A stretch of 64,000 nucleotides of DNA, from NCBI GenBank assembly GCA_963823665.1, contig CAWGMQ010000005.1, positions 1,248,001 to 1,312,000 on the forward strand. Direction: 5' to 3'. The notes below the pieces were generated by a model. The model had not been told where the DNA came from. It did no database searches and saw nothing but the letters and a program-made list of their open reading frames with translations. The translations under genes and the position numbers were made by a program. This DNA is from an uncultured Planctomycetota bacterium. GTDB taxonomy: Bacteria > Planctomycetota > Planctomycetia > Isosphaerales > Isosphaeraceae. This document shows positions 20,859-33,290 of the stretch, one piece after another (the stretch's first letter is position 1; each line of letters begins with the position of its first letter).

Positions 20859-22575
20859 AGTTGCGTGCTGGCTTGCCGCTCTGCACTGCCTGCGCGTTCT
20901 TGCGCTCGCGTTTGACATGCCACGAGCCCAGGCGGACGATGGCCTTCGACCCCAGGATGGCGCTGCCGTGGTCGAGCGTGATTCTGTCCAGGACGTCATC
21001 TTTGTAAGCGACGTGCGGCCGATGTTCATCCGGCTGAGACTGGATGCGGGGGACAAGTCGTTCCGGTCGGCATGGCTCGACGCGGTGAAAGGCATCCACG
21101 CGTACCTCGATCGTAACAAAGACGGCGTCCTGTCAAAGGATGAGGCCGAACGCGGCTCACTGCCGGTGATGGTGCGTGCGGCGACGGGCGGTGCAGCGGC
21201 CCTGCCGCGAGCCGATCTCGACACCAACCCGAAGGACGGCAAGGTATCGGTCGAAGAGCTCGCCGACGTGCTTCGCCCTGGCCTGGGTCCATTTCGCGTT
21301 CAGATCGGGCGGCTTGCGGTGGAGCGAAACGACGCCCTGTTCAACCTGCTCGATGGTAACAAGGACGGTACGCTGACCAAGGAAGAGCTGGGGACGGCCG
21401 TGACATCGCTGTATCGCTATGACCTTGACAGCGATGAGCTCATCGACCCGAGCGAGCTCGAACCGTTCAGCAATCCGATCGCGACAATGAATGAGGACAC
21501 GATGCGCGGAGGAAAGCTCGCGCCCGTGCCACCGGTGATCGAGCTCTCGGCCGAAGATCCTTCATTCCGCCCTGTGCGGCTCTTGCTGAAGAAATACGAT
21601 AAGGGAACAGGCCGGGGAGCTCCCGGCGGCGACAATCGTCTCTCCAATGGAGAATTTGCGATTGAGCCAAAGCTGTTCGAATCGGCCGATATCGACGGTG
21701 ACGGCGCGCTCGATACCGAGGAATTGCGACGGTTCTTGAGCCGGGTCGAGCCCGATCTCGAGCTGGTTGTCAAGCTTTCCGGGCCAGGCTCGACGGCCAC
21801 GACGATCGGAGTGGAAGCCGCGACGGCCAAGCCCCTGCCGCGCGAGCTGCGAGTCCGAAAGCTCTCCGATGGCGACGTCGAAATCGCACTTGGAGAGCTC
21901 CATCTTGAATTCAACGCGGCAGGCGGCGAGGACGCCATGCAGAACGCCAAGAACTACTATCAGGGGCAGTTCAAGGCTGCCGACAAGGATAACAACAAGT
22001 ATCTCGACAAGTCAGAAGTGAAGGATCACGGGCCATTCGCCGCTCTGTTCGACACCATCGACTCTGACGGCGACGGTAAGCTTTACATGAAAGAGATTGA
22101 TGATTTCGTGGATCAGCAAGTGCGGGTTGCGCGAAGTCAGATGGTACTTTCGGTCTCGGACCAGGGCCGCGCGATCTTCGCCATCGTCGATCTCAATCGC
22201 GACCGCCGGCTGTCGGTGCGAGAGATCCGCAGCGCAGTCGACCGGGTTTCGTCGTGGGATCGCAACGGCGACGGCCGCGTCAGCTCCGACGAGATTCCGC
22301 ACCACTACGAGATGTCGATCGGCCGGGGCCAGATTGTAGGAGTCGGCATGTCTTCGGCTGCTGTGGCCAGAATGGCCGCTTCACCTGGCGCACGCGTGGT
22401 GCCTGAGGGTCCGTCGTGGTTTCGCAAGATGGATCGTAACGGCGATGGCGACATCTCGCGTCGCGAGTTCCTGGGCGCTCGCGCGGACTTTGAGCGGTTC
22501 GACAGTAACTGCGACGGTCTGATCGATGCGGTAGAGGCAGCAGGGCCGAGCACGAAGCAAGCTGCCGCCAAGTGA
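20855..22575 (+). CDS. Exported multi-EF-hand (DxDxDG) calcium-binding protein; probable frameshift near 20895
   Basis: Many DRNKDG/DIDGDG/DRNGDG loops. ATG 20855 (AGGAG, ATGA overlap with DUF1501) is out of frame with the main ORF, implying an indel in the signal peptide. Confidence 0.85.
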
Positions 22576-22711
22576 ACAAGTGGGTGTGTGCGTGGTCGGG
22601 CTTTAGTCTTCAGGCAGAGGCGCATGCGTGGGGCCGTGATTCGTTACGATGCCGTTGCTGGAATCCAGATGGACGCCGGCTCGTCATGGAATTGAATCGC
22701 TCATCAGTCGG

Positions 22712-23596
22712 CTAACCAACGCTGCGGCGCGTATCACTGCTTTTCTGGCGGGACCGGGACGCGCCGTGGGCGGAACCCGCGCCCCTCAGGGTGTCGAAGT
22801 ACGGATCCTGGGTAGTGGGGCCTTCCTTGGTTGGACTCATCCAGACATCCTTGCCATCGAGTTTCAGGCTGACTTCGGCGCGCGAAAGCGGGGCTGCTGC
22901 ATAAGCCCATGTGGGCGTGCCCTTGTCGTTTCGCCTGGCTTCAATCAGAAGTAAGATCTCAGGGTTGGTGCCGTTGGCATAGATGAAGACTGCCCCGTCG
23001 ACCACGCCGGACGCTGGATCGGTATAACGGTCGATGGGGTGGGCGAGGAGACGTAGGGCGTAGTGTTTGTTGTCATAGAACTCACGCGCTGAGATCCGCC
23101 GGAGGATATCCTTCATCTGACGCATCCTCTGGGTTTCGTCGCCGGCAGGAGCCGGTGCGCCGGCGATTTCACTGTGCTTGACTCCCGCCTTCTGCGGCCT
23201 CCATCGCAAACTGTCATCATGGGCTTCGACGAGCCCGGTCGAAAGCGAGACGAACTCGAGCGACCAGGCTGCGTAGAGCTCGATACCAAGGACGGCGACT
23301 GGACGGCCTCCGGACTTGCACACCCAGAGAGCGCCGCCGCTAAAGGGGCGGGTGGGGTCAGTCCAGCGGTGCGAGGGGTTGGTCAAGAGTTCGGCCGGGG
23401 TGCGATTCACTCCGTCGACCACGGCGAACTTGAAGCCTTGCGCGATCTGCTTCATCTCGGCGAGCCGCTGGGTCGACTCGTCATCCTTCGCGGTTTCTTG
23501 CCGGGCGGATTTAGAAACTCCGCTCTGGGGAACCTGGCTCACGACTGTCAGAATCAGGCACAGGCACATGGGATGGTTCATGGGAGGTTCCTTCAT
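22712..23596 (-). CDS. Uncharacterised exported protein, paralog 2 of 6
   Basis: Signal-like LCLILTVVSQ; HRWTDPTR..GRPV..LRLLAHPIDRY..DGAVF..GTNPE..IEAR. Confidence 0.85.
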   Translation of the reverse strand: MKEPPMNHPMCLCLILTVVSQVPQSGVSKSARQETAKDDESTQRLAEMKQIAQGFKFAVVDGVNRTPAELLTNPSHRWTDPTRPFSGGALWVCKSGGRPVAVLGIELYAAWSLEFVSLSTGLVEAHDDSLRWRPQKAGVKHSEIAGAPAPAGDETQRMRQMKDILRRISAREFYDNKHYALRLLAHPIDRYTDPASGVVDGAVFIYANGTNPEILLLIEARRNDKGTPTWAYAAAPLSRAEVSLKLDGKDVWMSPTKEGPTTQDPYFDTLRGAGSAHGASRSRQKSSDTRRSVG

Positions 23597-23670
23597 TCAA
23601 CCTTGATCAACCGCGTTCCTGATCGAAGCGCGGTCTCGAAGATCATAAGAATCATCTCCTCTTATGATTG

Positions 23671-26162
23671 TCACGCCATGCCAAGACGGCGGCGCCAGAT
23701 CCATTCGATGGTGAGCAGGACCAAGAGAAGGGCCAGGAGCCACCAGACGCTCCACGCTGGTGTCGTTCGTAGATCCGAAGGCGCGGTGAGCCGGGGCAGA
23801 CTTTCGATCATCGCAGCCAGGTCGTTTGCATCCTTCAAGACGGTGCCGCCGGACTGACTGGCAACCTGGCGCAGCAGGTCGTGGTCGGGCAGTGCGTTCT
23901 GTTGCTCGGTCGGGTCGTCGAGGATCTGGATCTCGAGCGAGGTACTATCGACCTGGGTGTTATCTTCGTAGGCGGTCAACTCGATGCGCAAGTCCCGGGT
24001 CAAGATCACGCCGGGCGGGAGTGCGCGGGCCTCCGCGATCGGCAGGATCGCGCCATAGGACTTATCGGACTGGTCGCGTGCCAGGTCGAATTCTTCGCTC
24101 CAGGGTAGGAACTGACCTTCGACCCCGGAGGCCGTCCTGGCGCCGGAGGGACGGCGAAGGGGTGAGGTTTCGGAGCTCGAATCGGCGGCGGAGCGGGGAT
24201 CGACGGTGACGGCGACGCGATAGGCGAGAGTTGGCGCGGCGTTTTCGTCGAAAGCGCAGGCGCGGAGGTTGATTGGCTCGCCGGCCCGGTAGAGCCGCTT
24301 GTCGGTCTCGGCGAGCAGGCGGCGGCGGCCGATTGAAGAGTTCTCGGTCAGCCAGTAGACGACGTTGCGCCAGAACTTCTTGTAAAAGCGAGCGTCGCCG
24401 CCACCCCACGACTGGGAGAAGTCACCCGCCCAGCGGCGAGTGATGCCGGTGCTGATCGCCATGGTACGGCCTCTGCCGAAGGGTTGGACCACGATCGCCG
24501 GAGGTAACGCACCCGCAACTGGAGGCGCGCCTTTTTGAGCGAGCACAAGGGCGCCCGGCTTGACCCGGCCCAATCGATTGCTCCCCAGGAAGGTGGGCAA
24601 GGCCTTGAGCGATTTCTGATTGAATGCTTCATCGGAGGAGAGGTGCCAGACCGGATGACCTGCGCCCGCGGCGGTGACTTCGAGGCTGGTCCGCGCGTCG
24701 TCCCAATCGCGCGCGGTGGGGGCCAGCTCGATCGGAAGCATCTGGCCGACGGAGGTTTCATTCCAGTGGCCCGAGCCGAAACTATTGGGCCCACCGGCCA
24801 TGCAAAGCCCGCCCCCGCGCCGGCCCACCCATTCTTCGATCCAGGCGAGGTTCTCATCGCTCAGCACGTCGCGCGGCACGTTGCTCAGGATCATCGCATC
24901 GTAGGCAAAGAACTGCGAAGCGTTTTCTGGGAAGAAGCGCCAGCGCCCGGAGAAATCGTCACCACCACCCTCACCCATGATGACGACTGTGCACTCGACG
25001 TCGGGGTCTTCCATCAATGCCGATTGAAGTGACGAGGAAGAGGCAACCGCGCGGGCGCGCGGTTGCCGGCGGTAGACGGAGCGGGTTGCTCCAAGAACCT
25101 TTCACTCGAGCCTTCAAGATAGAGCACGCGGATCTTGGTGTGATCGATGGCGAGATCAGACCCGAATGCGTTGTTTGCGACGGATACCTCGCCGGGCTGC
25201 GGGTCGATCCGGGCCTCGACACGGCCGTCCTGATCACCCGATTCGAAGGCAATCGGGTAGCTGGTCAGGCCCTCTTGAAGCACGACCGGGGTGTGCGCAA
25301 GCACCGTCTCCGGCTTGCCGCCCTCCGCCACGGCCACGATTTGCAGCTCGGATCGTTTGCCTCTAAATCCATAGCATCGAACAAAGATCTGCGCGGAGAC
25401 CTTTGAGTGCTTCCTGACTAGATTGGGCGCCACCATGCTGACGATGGCGACATCGCCCCCCGCGTTCTCGTTCCCCAAGGGAACGACGTGCACGGGGATG
25501 TTCATCCGCGCGTAAGCGCGTGCGATCTTGAGCGCGCGAGCGGGGTCGCGCGTGCGGCCGTCGGAGAAAACGACCAAAGCCTGGGGCGGGGTCTGTCCGA
25601 ACCGGTCGGTGAGCTCTTCGAGGGAGGCGCCCAAGAGGGTATCTGAATCGGTCGGGGCCGGGGCCGGTTCGCCCGCTTTTCCCGACTCGGCGACAGGCGA
25701 AGCGCCGGGCTCGTGCCCGGCGGCGGATTCAGCCGGTGCCCTGCGACAGAACTCCGGGTCGACAGCGGCCAAGCGGGCGCCGAACCGGAACGTACTGACC
25801 TGGGCAGCGACACGTGGATTCCGAGCCGACGCGGTGGTCCTGATCGTTTCGAGGGCCTGGTTCCAGCGGGTCGCGTCCTTGCCGAGGGCCATGCTTTGCG
25901 ACGCATCCAACAGGTAGAACAGCTTGGGCAACTCGAGGGAACCCTTGGTCTCATCTACCCGTACGGGATTCATGATGATCAGACCGAGGATCGCGAGCAG
26001 TGCCAGCCGGATGGTGAGCAGCCCGATACGCCGCGCGGGCATCATCGGCCGGCCCGCGATCAAGCGCAGCAGCGCGAACCCCGCTACGGCCGCAACCGCA
26101 AGCGAAATCAAGAGCGCGAGCGAATAGGGTGTCGCCCACTGGATCGTTGAGTTGAGATTCAT
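23671..26162 (-). CDS. Membrane vWA + glutamine-amidotransferase-like domain protein, frameshift near 25055
   Basis: MIDAS-like LLDASQSM and VFSDG; RVLYLEG; YDAMILSNV..GGGL.MAGG..SF; C-terminal EWIWRRRLG; two ORFs joined via AVASSSSLQSALMEDP. Confidence 0.8.
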
Positions 26163-26235
26163 CTATTCTCGCCGGTTTAATCGGTCGATTGTTGGAAAGC
26201 GGACTGACCGCTCCGGGTTCGTGTTTGAGCGATGG

Positions 26236-29200
26236 TTACTGTCGGTTGCCCGTTGTCGAGAGCACTTCGTAATACCGTTCGACCAGCTCCTTGAAAGCGG
26301 AAGGCGTCGCCTCGTCACGCGCAGAGATCATATCCTTGAGCAGCAGCTCCTGGATCTTGTTCCGGAGCGTGTCGCTCACCGAGGATAGCGTCGCGAGAAG
26401 AGTCGCGGGCCCGAGAGTGCCTCCGTTACCGCCGGCGGCCACCAAATCGGACAGAGCCTTGGCCGATTCGGTGGAGCCGGCCTTTTCCAGGTCCCGACTC
26501 AGGGCCTCGGCGAGCCGACGCCACTCGGCGAGGTTGTCACCAGGCTGCGCTTCTTGAGCTCGACGGAGAGCTCGGTGACGCGCTTGTCGATGTCGAGTAG
26601 GCTCGCAAGCTCCGGCGCAATGATTGCGCGATAGAGGGAGTCGAGCTGCCGGGCAAGCATTTCGAGGCTCCGCGACAGCTTTTTCGCGTCGCGACGGGCC
26701 TGCGGCTTCTGTCCGGCGACGTAAAGCTCGCCGATCCGGCGCGTGCTCTCGACGACCCGAGTGGCCTCACTCTGCTCGACCAATTCGCGGATCCGGTCGG
26801 CGGAGTCTCCCTCGGCGCTCAAGCTGGCGTCTTTCATCCATTGCTCCAGTGTTTTGGCCGCCTCTTCCAACTGTTCGAGTTGTTCGGCTGCGGTGAGCGC
26901 GCGCCAGCCGCCACGACCGGCCTTCCCACTGCCTGCATTGCCCGCGGCTCCCTTGTCTTGCCCCTGGCCCGGCTGGGCCCCTGATGCCGGTGCTTCTTCT
27001 GGAATCTCGCCGAATTCACCTTCGTGCTGGGCCATCTCGTCTGCCAGATCGCGGGCCATCGCCAGCTCGGCCGCGACCTCGAGCGCAAGCTCACCTTTGA
27101 CCTGACGCGCCAGCTCGTGAAGCTTCGCCGCAGCCGCCTTGGCGCTCGGGGCGGCCTCGCTCGCGTTGCCACGTGCCAGCGCACCCTTTGCCTTCTGCGC
27201 CGCGTCGGACGCTTTTGCCATCCGGACCTTGGCGAGGTCTGACGACGTTTCCAGTTTCTTGAGTCTCTCTTCGAGCTCGGCGAGTTTATCGACGATCTGC
27301 TCTTGCCGCGCCGTCGCCTCGCGTCGTTTGTCGTCTTTGGGCTCGCTCTCCGCGTTCTCTTCGGCCGCGCTCTTCTTGCCTCGTTCTTGATCTGTCAGGA
27401 CGGCGCCCAGCGTCGCGTAGACGAAATCTTCGTCGTCGGCTGCCTGTTCGATTTGCTCGGCGATCTCCTCGGCCTCCTCCTGGTCTTTCTTGGGGCGACG
27501 AATCTTCTGGCTCTGCATGCGGTCGTAGCCGCGCATCGCCCGGCGGGCGGCAGCACTTGCCATGCCGATCGTGATGCGCAGCGTGTTGCGAGCGCTGACA
27601 AGATGACGAAGGGCGCTTCCCATATGGTCCGGGGCGCGCTCATTCTGGCCGTGGTCGAGCGCTCCGACGGCCGCCAGCATCGACTCCTCGGCGGCGTGCA
27701 GGGGCTCAATTCGCTCACCGACGATCCCCTCGATACCTCGTGTCAGCTCGCGCGTCAGCTCGACGAGCGTCTCCTCGAAGCTCGCGATCTTGAGGGGATC
27801 GTCGCCATAGGTCTTGTCAGCGGCCTTGTGTTTTGCCAGCCGCGTTGCCCGATTCAAATTGAAGCGCTGACGAGCAATCAGCTCCGACAGGGATGCGAGC
27901 TCGCCGTCGCCCTCCTCCCCGTCGCCGCTTTCGCCAAGCTTATATTCGCGTTTGAACGGGCGGATGTCGATGTAGCGCAGGTCGGTTTCCGTACGCCGAG
28001 GACCCATGGGACGGTGATCCTCGGCGAAGGCGTAGTAGACCAGGCTGTCGGTCGGGGACGCGGCGAGCTTTTCCAGCAGGAGCGTTTCCTCGAGCGCGGC
28101 GTTGGTTGTTCGCGATTGAGCGGCGCCGGCCTTGAAATCCTTGACGATCAAGGTCTGCTCATCGCCGTTATTGAACTGGAAAACGATGCCGGCTCTGCTC
28201 AAGCCGAAATCGTCAACAACGCGAATGCGGGTCAAGACCTCGGCAACGGGATTGACCTCGATGGCCTCGTCGGGGCGTTCGAACGCAACGCGCGGCGCGC
28301 GATCTTCAGAGACCTCGATCTTGTAGCGGTTCCTGGGAAACAACCGGCCGTCGGCAGTCCGGGCGTCAATCTCGTATTCCAGGCCCTTCTCCAACTTGAG
28401 CCGGCCGGTATAGCTCTCACCCGATGACTTCAAAGGAATCACCTGGGGCGGCGCTTTGTCTTTCGTGCGACGGACGGCGGGATCGAAGAAGACGAGCGCT
28501 GCCTCAACTGCTCTTCCATCGAACGCGAGCTCGAATGTCGCTTCACTTCCCTCGATGACCCGGAGGTCGCCCCCCGGTACCGTGGTCGTCTGGACGCCGG
28601 TGTAACTGGGTGGCTCGAGCGAGACTTCGAACGCTTTCAGTGCAAGCGGATAGCGGACATCGATCCGGTAGACGGGGCTCGACGTCTTGCCGGCGACGAC
28701 GCGGTAGTCAAGCGGCTTTTCAACCTTCTCGAGCTTGGCCACTCGCTTCCAGGCCGGACCGCGGTCGGGCGGTTCGAGCGCAGTGGTCTTCCAAGCACCT
28801 TCGGGCTCATCCACGGCCCGGGTATAGAGAACCACTTCTCGCTTCAACCGGCCATGTAGCTCGACGGCCAGCGGCACGGAGCCTCCCTGGTCCACCAGCG
28901 CATTTTGCGGTGCAACGGAAATCGTGGTGTAAGGAAGGCGGCCCAACAGTGCGCGGTCTAGCGCGAGCCGCCACTGGGGGCTTCGTCCCGCGGCAACGAG
29001 AAGGAAGAGTGATGGAACTGAGGCCACGGCGGCGATCGCCCATGCCGGTCGCCAGCGCACCATCCGATCGAGGGCCAGAGGCTCGACTTGAAAGTCAGTA
29101 TCGCGCTCGAGGGCCTCGACCAGACTCGGAGCGGCGCCTTCCGTGCTGAGGAGATCGTACGAGAGTCCGGCATACTGGACGACCGTACGAACCCGCTGGC

Positions 29201-29510
29201 CAAGTTGTGGGAAGCGGCTCTCGATCTCGATGGCGGTTCGCGGCTTCGTCCACCAGCGTAGCGGCGCGAAGACCTTGAAGCCCAGCGTGGCCAGTGTGAC
29301 GACGCCGCATGCGAAGAGACCGGCGGCGCGCATGATCCAGGGCAGCTCGAAGAGAAAATCGGCCACGGTCAACAGGGTGAAGCCGAGCACAGCGGCCAGG
29401 AGCGTCCAGCACAGACCCAGGGCGACCTGGAACCTGCGAATGGATGCGCAGACGTGCTCGAAACGATTGAGGAACTTCGTTGCGGTCGGTTCGGAGGTCG
29501 CGAGGCTCAT
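26236..29510 (-). CDS. Large membrane-anchored Ig/coiled-coil protein (DUF4175-like), frameshift near 26550
   Basis: TMs, IESRFPQLGQR, PPSYTG, DRAP.V, DDFGL, coiled coil. The shifted frame gives the typical tail P..FKELVERYYEVLS. Confidence 0.75.
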
Positions 29511-29529
29511 GAGTGTTCCTTTCCTTCCG

Positions 29530-31472
29530 TCAGGCCGCTGTCCTGTTTGCGAGGAAATTCTCTACAAGAAGCAAGCCGGCTAAAGAGAGTGCAAACCAGG
29601 GCCAAAGCTCGTCATTTCGAGAGCGGTCGTCAGAAACCGTCTTGCGCGACCCGACGATGTCTTCGGTAACCGGCTCAGGCGGCGAGAAGCCGAATCGCTG
29701 CGCGAACTCACTCGGCGTGCACCTCGCCGTTTCCGACTCGAGGGGGTCGGTATTCACGACGTGAACCACGCCGTCCGACTCGATGACGCCCGGCTTCCGC
29801 GTGTCGTCGATCTTCTCACGACGGATGCGGCCTTCCTCGCCGCCTCCAGAGAGATAGCCGGCCATTTGATGCACTATGGGCAGGTACATGCGACCGCGCG
29901 GCCAGTCGCCCCAGGCACGGTCGCACGACGAGGTGAACCAGAGGACCTTGCCGCGCCCCAGTGCCCGCTCCAGGAGCGCAGGCTCATCACCACGAAACCA
30001 TGCAAGCACCCGCGCTCGCGGATCGACCTTGATCCGCGTGATCGATGTGAACACGGGCCGGCGCAGGTCGCCGGATTCCGGGTCGTCGAATGGCTTGAAC
30101 ACGGGGTGCCCGGACTGCCATCGCTCAAGGCGCCAGGGCACGTCGCTTGCCGTTGCGGGCCCGAGAATCGTGCCCACACCCAGCCCGGCCGCCTCGAGCT
30201 CACGGGAGCTCGTCGCGACGCGGTCGCCGGTGAACACGAGCAGGCCGCCGCCACGTTCGACAAAGTCGGCCAGGCGCTTGGCGTCGGGCGGCTCGACATC
30301 GGCGACATTCGCCAGGACCACGACCTCCGTCTTCTCCAAGGAAGGGAGACTCGTGCCCGCGGTGAAATCGACGGACCGTGAATCAAACGGTGCCTTTGCG
30401 TAGCGCTGGCCAGGCGGGGCGAGCCGCAGCGCTGCCTGCAGGAAGTAGGTCTCAGACTCGTAAGGAACTCGACCTGGATCGCCGTCCAAGACCAGCACGC
30501 GGACGGGAGGCGCGACCCGCAGAGCCAAGAAACGGCGGTCGTCGAACGCCAGATCATTGCGCAGGGAGATCTCGACGTGCCCCCGCCAAAGTCCCTCGGG
30601 CAAGGTGTCGAGGGAGAAGGCGACCCTGGCCGTCGCGCCCCCTTCGAGATCGATCTCGCGAATCTGGTCGCGCTTCTGATCGCCGGCCTCAACATGGAGT
30701 CGGACGGGGCACCTGGAAATCGGCAGCGGCGACGTATTGAAGATGGTTGCCGTGATGGTGGCCGCATCCCCCGGCCGGAGGTTTCGCGGCGCGATCGTGA
30801 TATCCGTCACCGCGACATTTCGCGGAAACGCGCGGCCGAAATCATGAATATGCACCTCGACGCCGGCCGGAAGCGTCACGGATTCGGAACGATCGAGGCC
30901 GGAGCGCTGGAGATCCGTGAAGACGTGCAGCTCGTTCCGTGTTTTCCGAGAGCGCACAAAAATGTCTCGGGCCCAGGCCATCGCGACGTTGTAGTCGGTG
31001 CCGCTCGAAGTCGGCTCGATCGCAGCCGTCCGTATTTCGGCGGGATCAGCGAGGGGGTGAACGGTTTCGGCGAAAGTGGCGACCTCGAGCGTCGTGCCCT
31101 CGCCTGCGCGACTCACGATCGCACGCGCCTCGCTCAGGGCTTGATCGATCGGCCGGGAGCCGTCGTCCAGTCCCATGCTGGCCGACCGGTCTAGCAGGAC
31201 GATGACCAGGCGTTCTCCCGCGGCCGGCTCGGTCGCCAGCATATAGGGCGCGCGAACAGGAGCGCGATCAGCGCCAGGCTTCCCATCCGCAGCGCCAGGA
31301 GGAGCCAGCGTCTCAGTTTCCGCCGCTGGGCGTTATCGCGCAGCACAACCTTGAGGAACTGGAGTGTGCCGAGGTCGACCAGGCGAGCCCTGGAGCGGAA
31401 CATCAGATGGATGATGATCGGAATCGCCAGGGCGCCGAAGGCGCCGAGCATCCCGAACTGAATGAATTGCAT
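29530..31472 (-). CDS. BatA-domain vWA protein, frameshift near 31246
   Basis: ALAIPIIIHL..FL..WLLLALR..FARP (BatA); LLDRSASM, FTDLQ; GGGLLVFTG; C-terminal ELWPW..LLVENFLANR. Confidence 0.88.
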
Positions 31473-31552
31473 GGGCCCTCGGGTTACGTGCTTTTGAGAT
31501 CGATCCTCATCAACGCGCTATTCCTGAATGCGGCCGGCCCGTCGCCGGCTTC

Positions 31553-32374
31553 TTACTCGTCCTGGACCGGCCTGGTGAAGAGCCAGTACGCGTCGTCAGA
31601 CCCCTTGGGGTGGCCTCCGCCGGACCAGATCTCTTCACCGTCGAATTCCACATGAGTCTTCGCCACAGAGACGCGTGCGAAACCGCAATGCCAGGCCGGT
31701 TCCGACGAGCCCTCGCTGCGCGCTTCAACGAGCATCACGATTTCCGGGTTCCTGCCGTACGCGATGATGAACATCGCTCCGTCGATCAAGCCGAATTTCG
31801 CGTCGGCGTAACGGTGAACGGGCTGAGGGAGGAGGCGAAGCTCGTAGCGCTCGCCGGCAACCTGGCCGCGAGGCAAGGTCGTTTCATGGGCCTTGATCTG
31901 CCGCGCCAGGTCTTTCATCTGCCTGAGCCGGCTCGCCGCGTCTTTGGCCGGCACCGGTGCCTTGGAGAACTTCTGCACGGGGGCCCCTGGCTCCGACGGC
32001 TGCCAAGCGCCGATCCCTTCAATCGTCGCGCTCAACGGGCCGGGCGCAAGCGAGGTCAGCTCGGTGAGCCAGTGGTGGCCCCCTTCCGGCGATGGATGTT
32101 TCGTCACAGTCATCAAGGCCGATGGCCGGCCCGAGTCGCACCAAAGCCACATCGTACCGTCGATGGTTCGCCGCGCCGGATCGTCGAACCGGTACACCGG
32201 CTCGTCCAACCGCTTGAGGTTTTGATGCACAGCTCCCGAGGCCGTCTCGATCGCGACGCCGGCGGCGAGACCCCGCATCGCCTGAAGCCTTTGCGCGGCA
32301 TCGTCTGAGCCTTGTGTCTGGCCCACCTGCGTCACGAGGGCGAGGGAGATGATCGACGAAGCGAAGAAATGCAC
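31553..32374 (-). CDS. Uncharacterised exported protein, paralog 3 of 6
   Basis: Signal-like; EPVYRFDDPAR..GRP..ELRLLPQPVHRY..DGAMF..GRNPE..VEAR. Confidence 0.85.
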   Translation of the reverse strand: MHFFASSIISLALVTQVGQTQGSDDAAQRLQAMRGLAAGVAIETASGAVHQNLKRLDEPVYRFDDPARRTIDGTMWLWCDSGRPSALMTVTKHPSPEGGHHWLTELTSLAPGPLSATIEGIGAWQPSEPGAPVQKFSKAPVPAKDAASRLRQMKDLARQIKAHETTLPRGQVAGERYELRLLPQPVHRYADAKFGLIDGAMFIIAYGRNPEIVMLVEARSEGSSEPAWHCGFARVSVAKTHVEFDGEEIWSGGGHPKGSDDAYWLFTRPVQDE

Positions 32375-32391
32375 CGGTTAACTCCTTGGAT

Positions 32392-33284
32392 CTAAACGGC
32401 GGCGCGTTTCACGAGATAGTCGAGGAGCGCCCGGTCGGGAGGATCTACCGTGGTCAGCTCGATGCGATCAATCGCGCGCTTGCGGCATTCGAGCTCGAGC
32501 GCCTGCCTCCAGTCATCCACAGCCTTCAGATACGCCTCGCGGATGCCTTCCGTGTGGGTTGTCAGCATCTCGCCGCTTTCGAGATCGCGGAAGCGGATTT
32601 GCCCGTCGAGGGAGAGGTCGCGCTCCCAGGGATCCATGATGTGGAAGATGATCACTTCGTGGTTCTTGTAGCGCATGTGGTCGAGCCCGCGGACGATGGT
32701 GGCGAGGTCGCCAAACAGGTCGCTCAGTACCACGACGATTCCGCGGCGTCCGGCCGACTCGGCTGCTTGGTGCAGCGCGAGGTCGTTGTCGGTCGCCGGA
32801 CGGATTTCGGCGGTGGCGATCGTGGCAAGGACCTCGTCGAGCTGGTTCGGCTTGGCGCGAGCGGGCACCTGAGCGGTGACCTTGTCGGAGAAGATCGTGA
32901 GCCCCACGGCGTCGCGCTGTTTGAGCGCCAGGTGCGCAGCGCGGCCGCGAGCGACGCGGCAAAATGGAGCTTGCTGCGGCCGGCATTCGCGCAGCTCATT
33001 GAAGAGCTGGCATCAAGCATCAGGTAGAGGTTCAAGTTCGTGTCGGCGTCATATTCCTTGATATAGAGCCGATCATGCCGCGCATAGAGCTTCCAGTTCA
33101 GGTGGCGAAGGTCGTCGCCGGGAGTGTATTCGCGATGGGAAGCGAACTCGACGGAGAGCCCGAGGTACGGACTGCGGTGCAAGCCGTGCATCGACCCCTC
33201 GACGATCGACCGCGCGCGAAGCTCGATCGAGTCGAGCCGCGAAAAAAAGACCGGATCAATCAAGATACGGGGGTCGAAGAGCAT
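32392..33284 (-). CDS. DUF58 family protein, frameshift near 32936
   Basis: GLHRSPYLG.SVEFASHREY.PGDDLR..WK; LDASSSM; VVLSDL; F.DLE.GE. Confidence 0.92.
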
Positions 33285-33290
33285 CGGGGG

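Noticed and set aside
25042..25067. GC hairpin GGCAACCGCGCG/CGCGCGGTTGCC as a terminator
   Set aside because: It lies inside a coding region at a frameshift site and has no U-tract.
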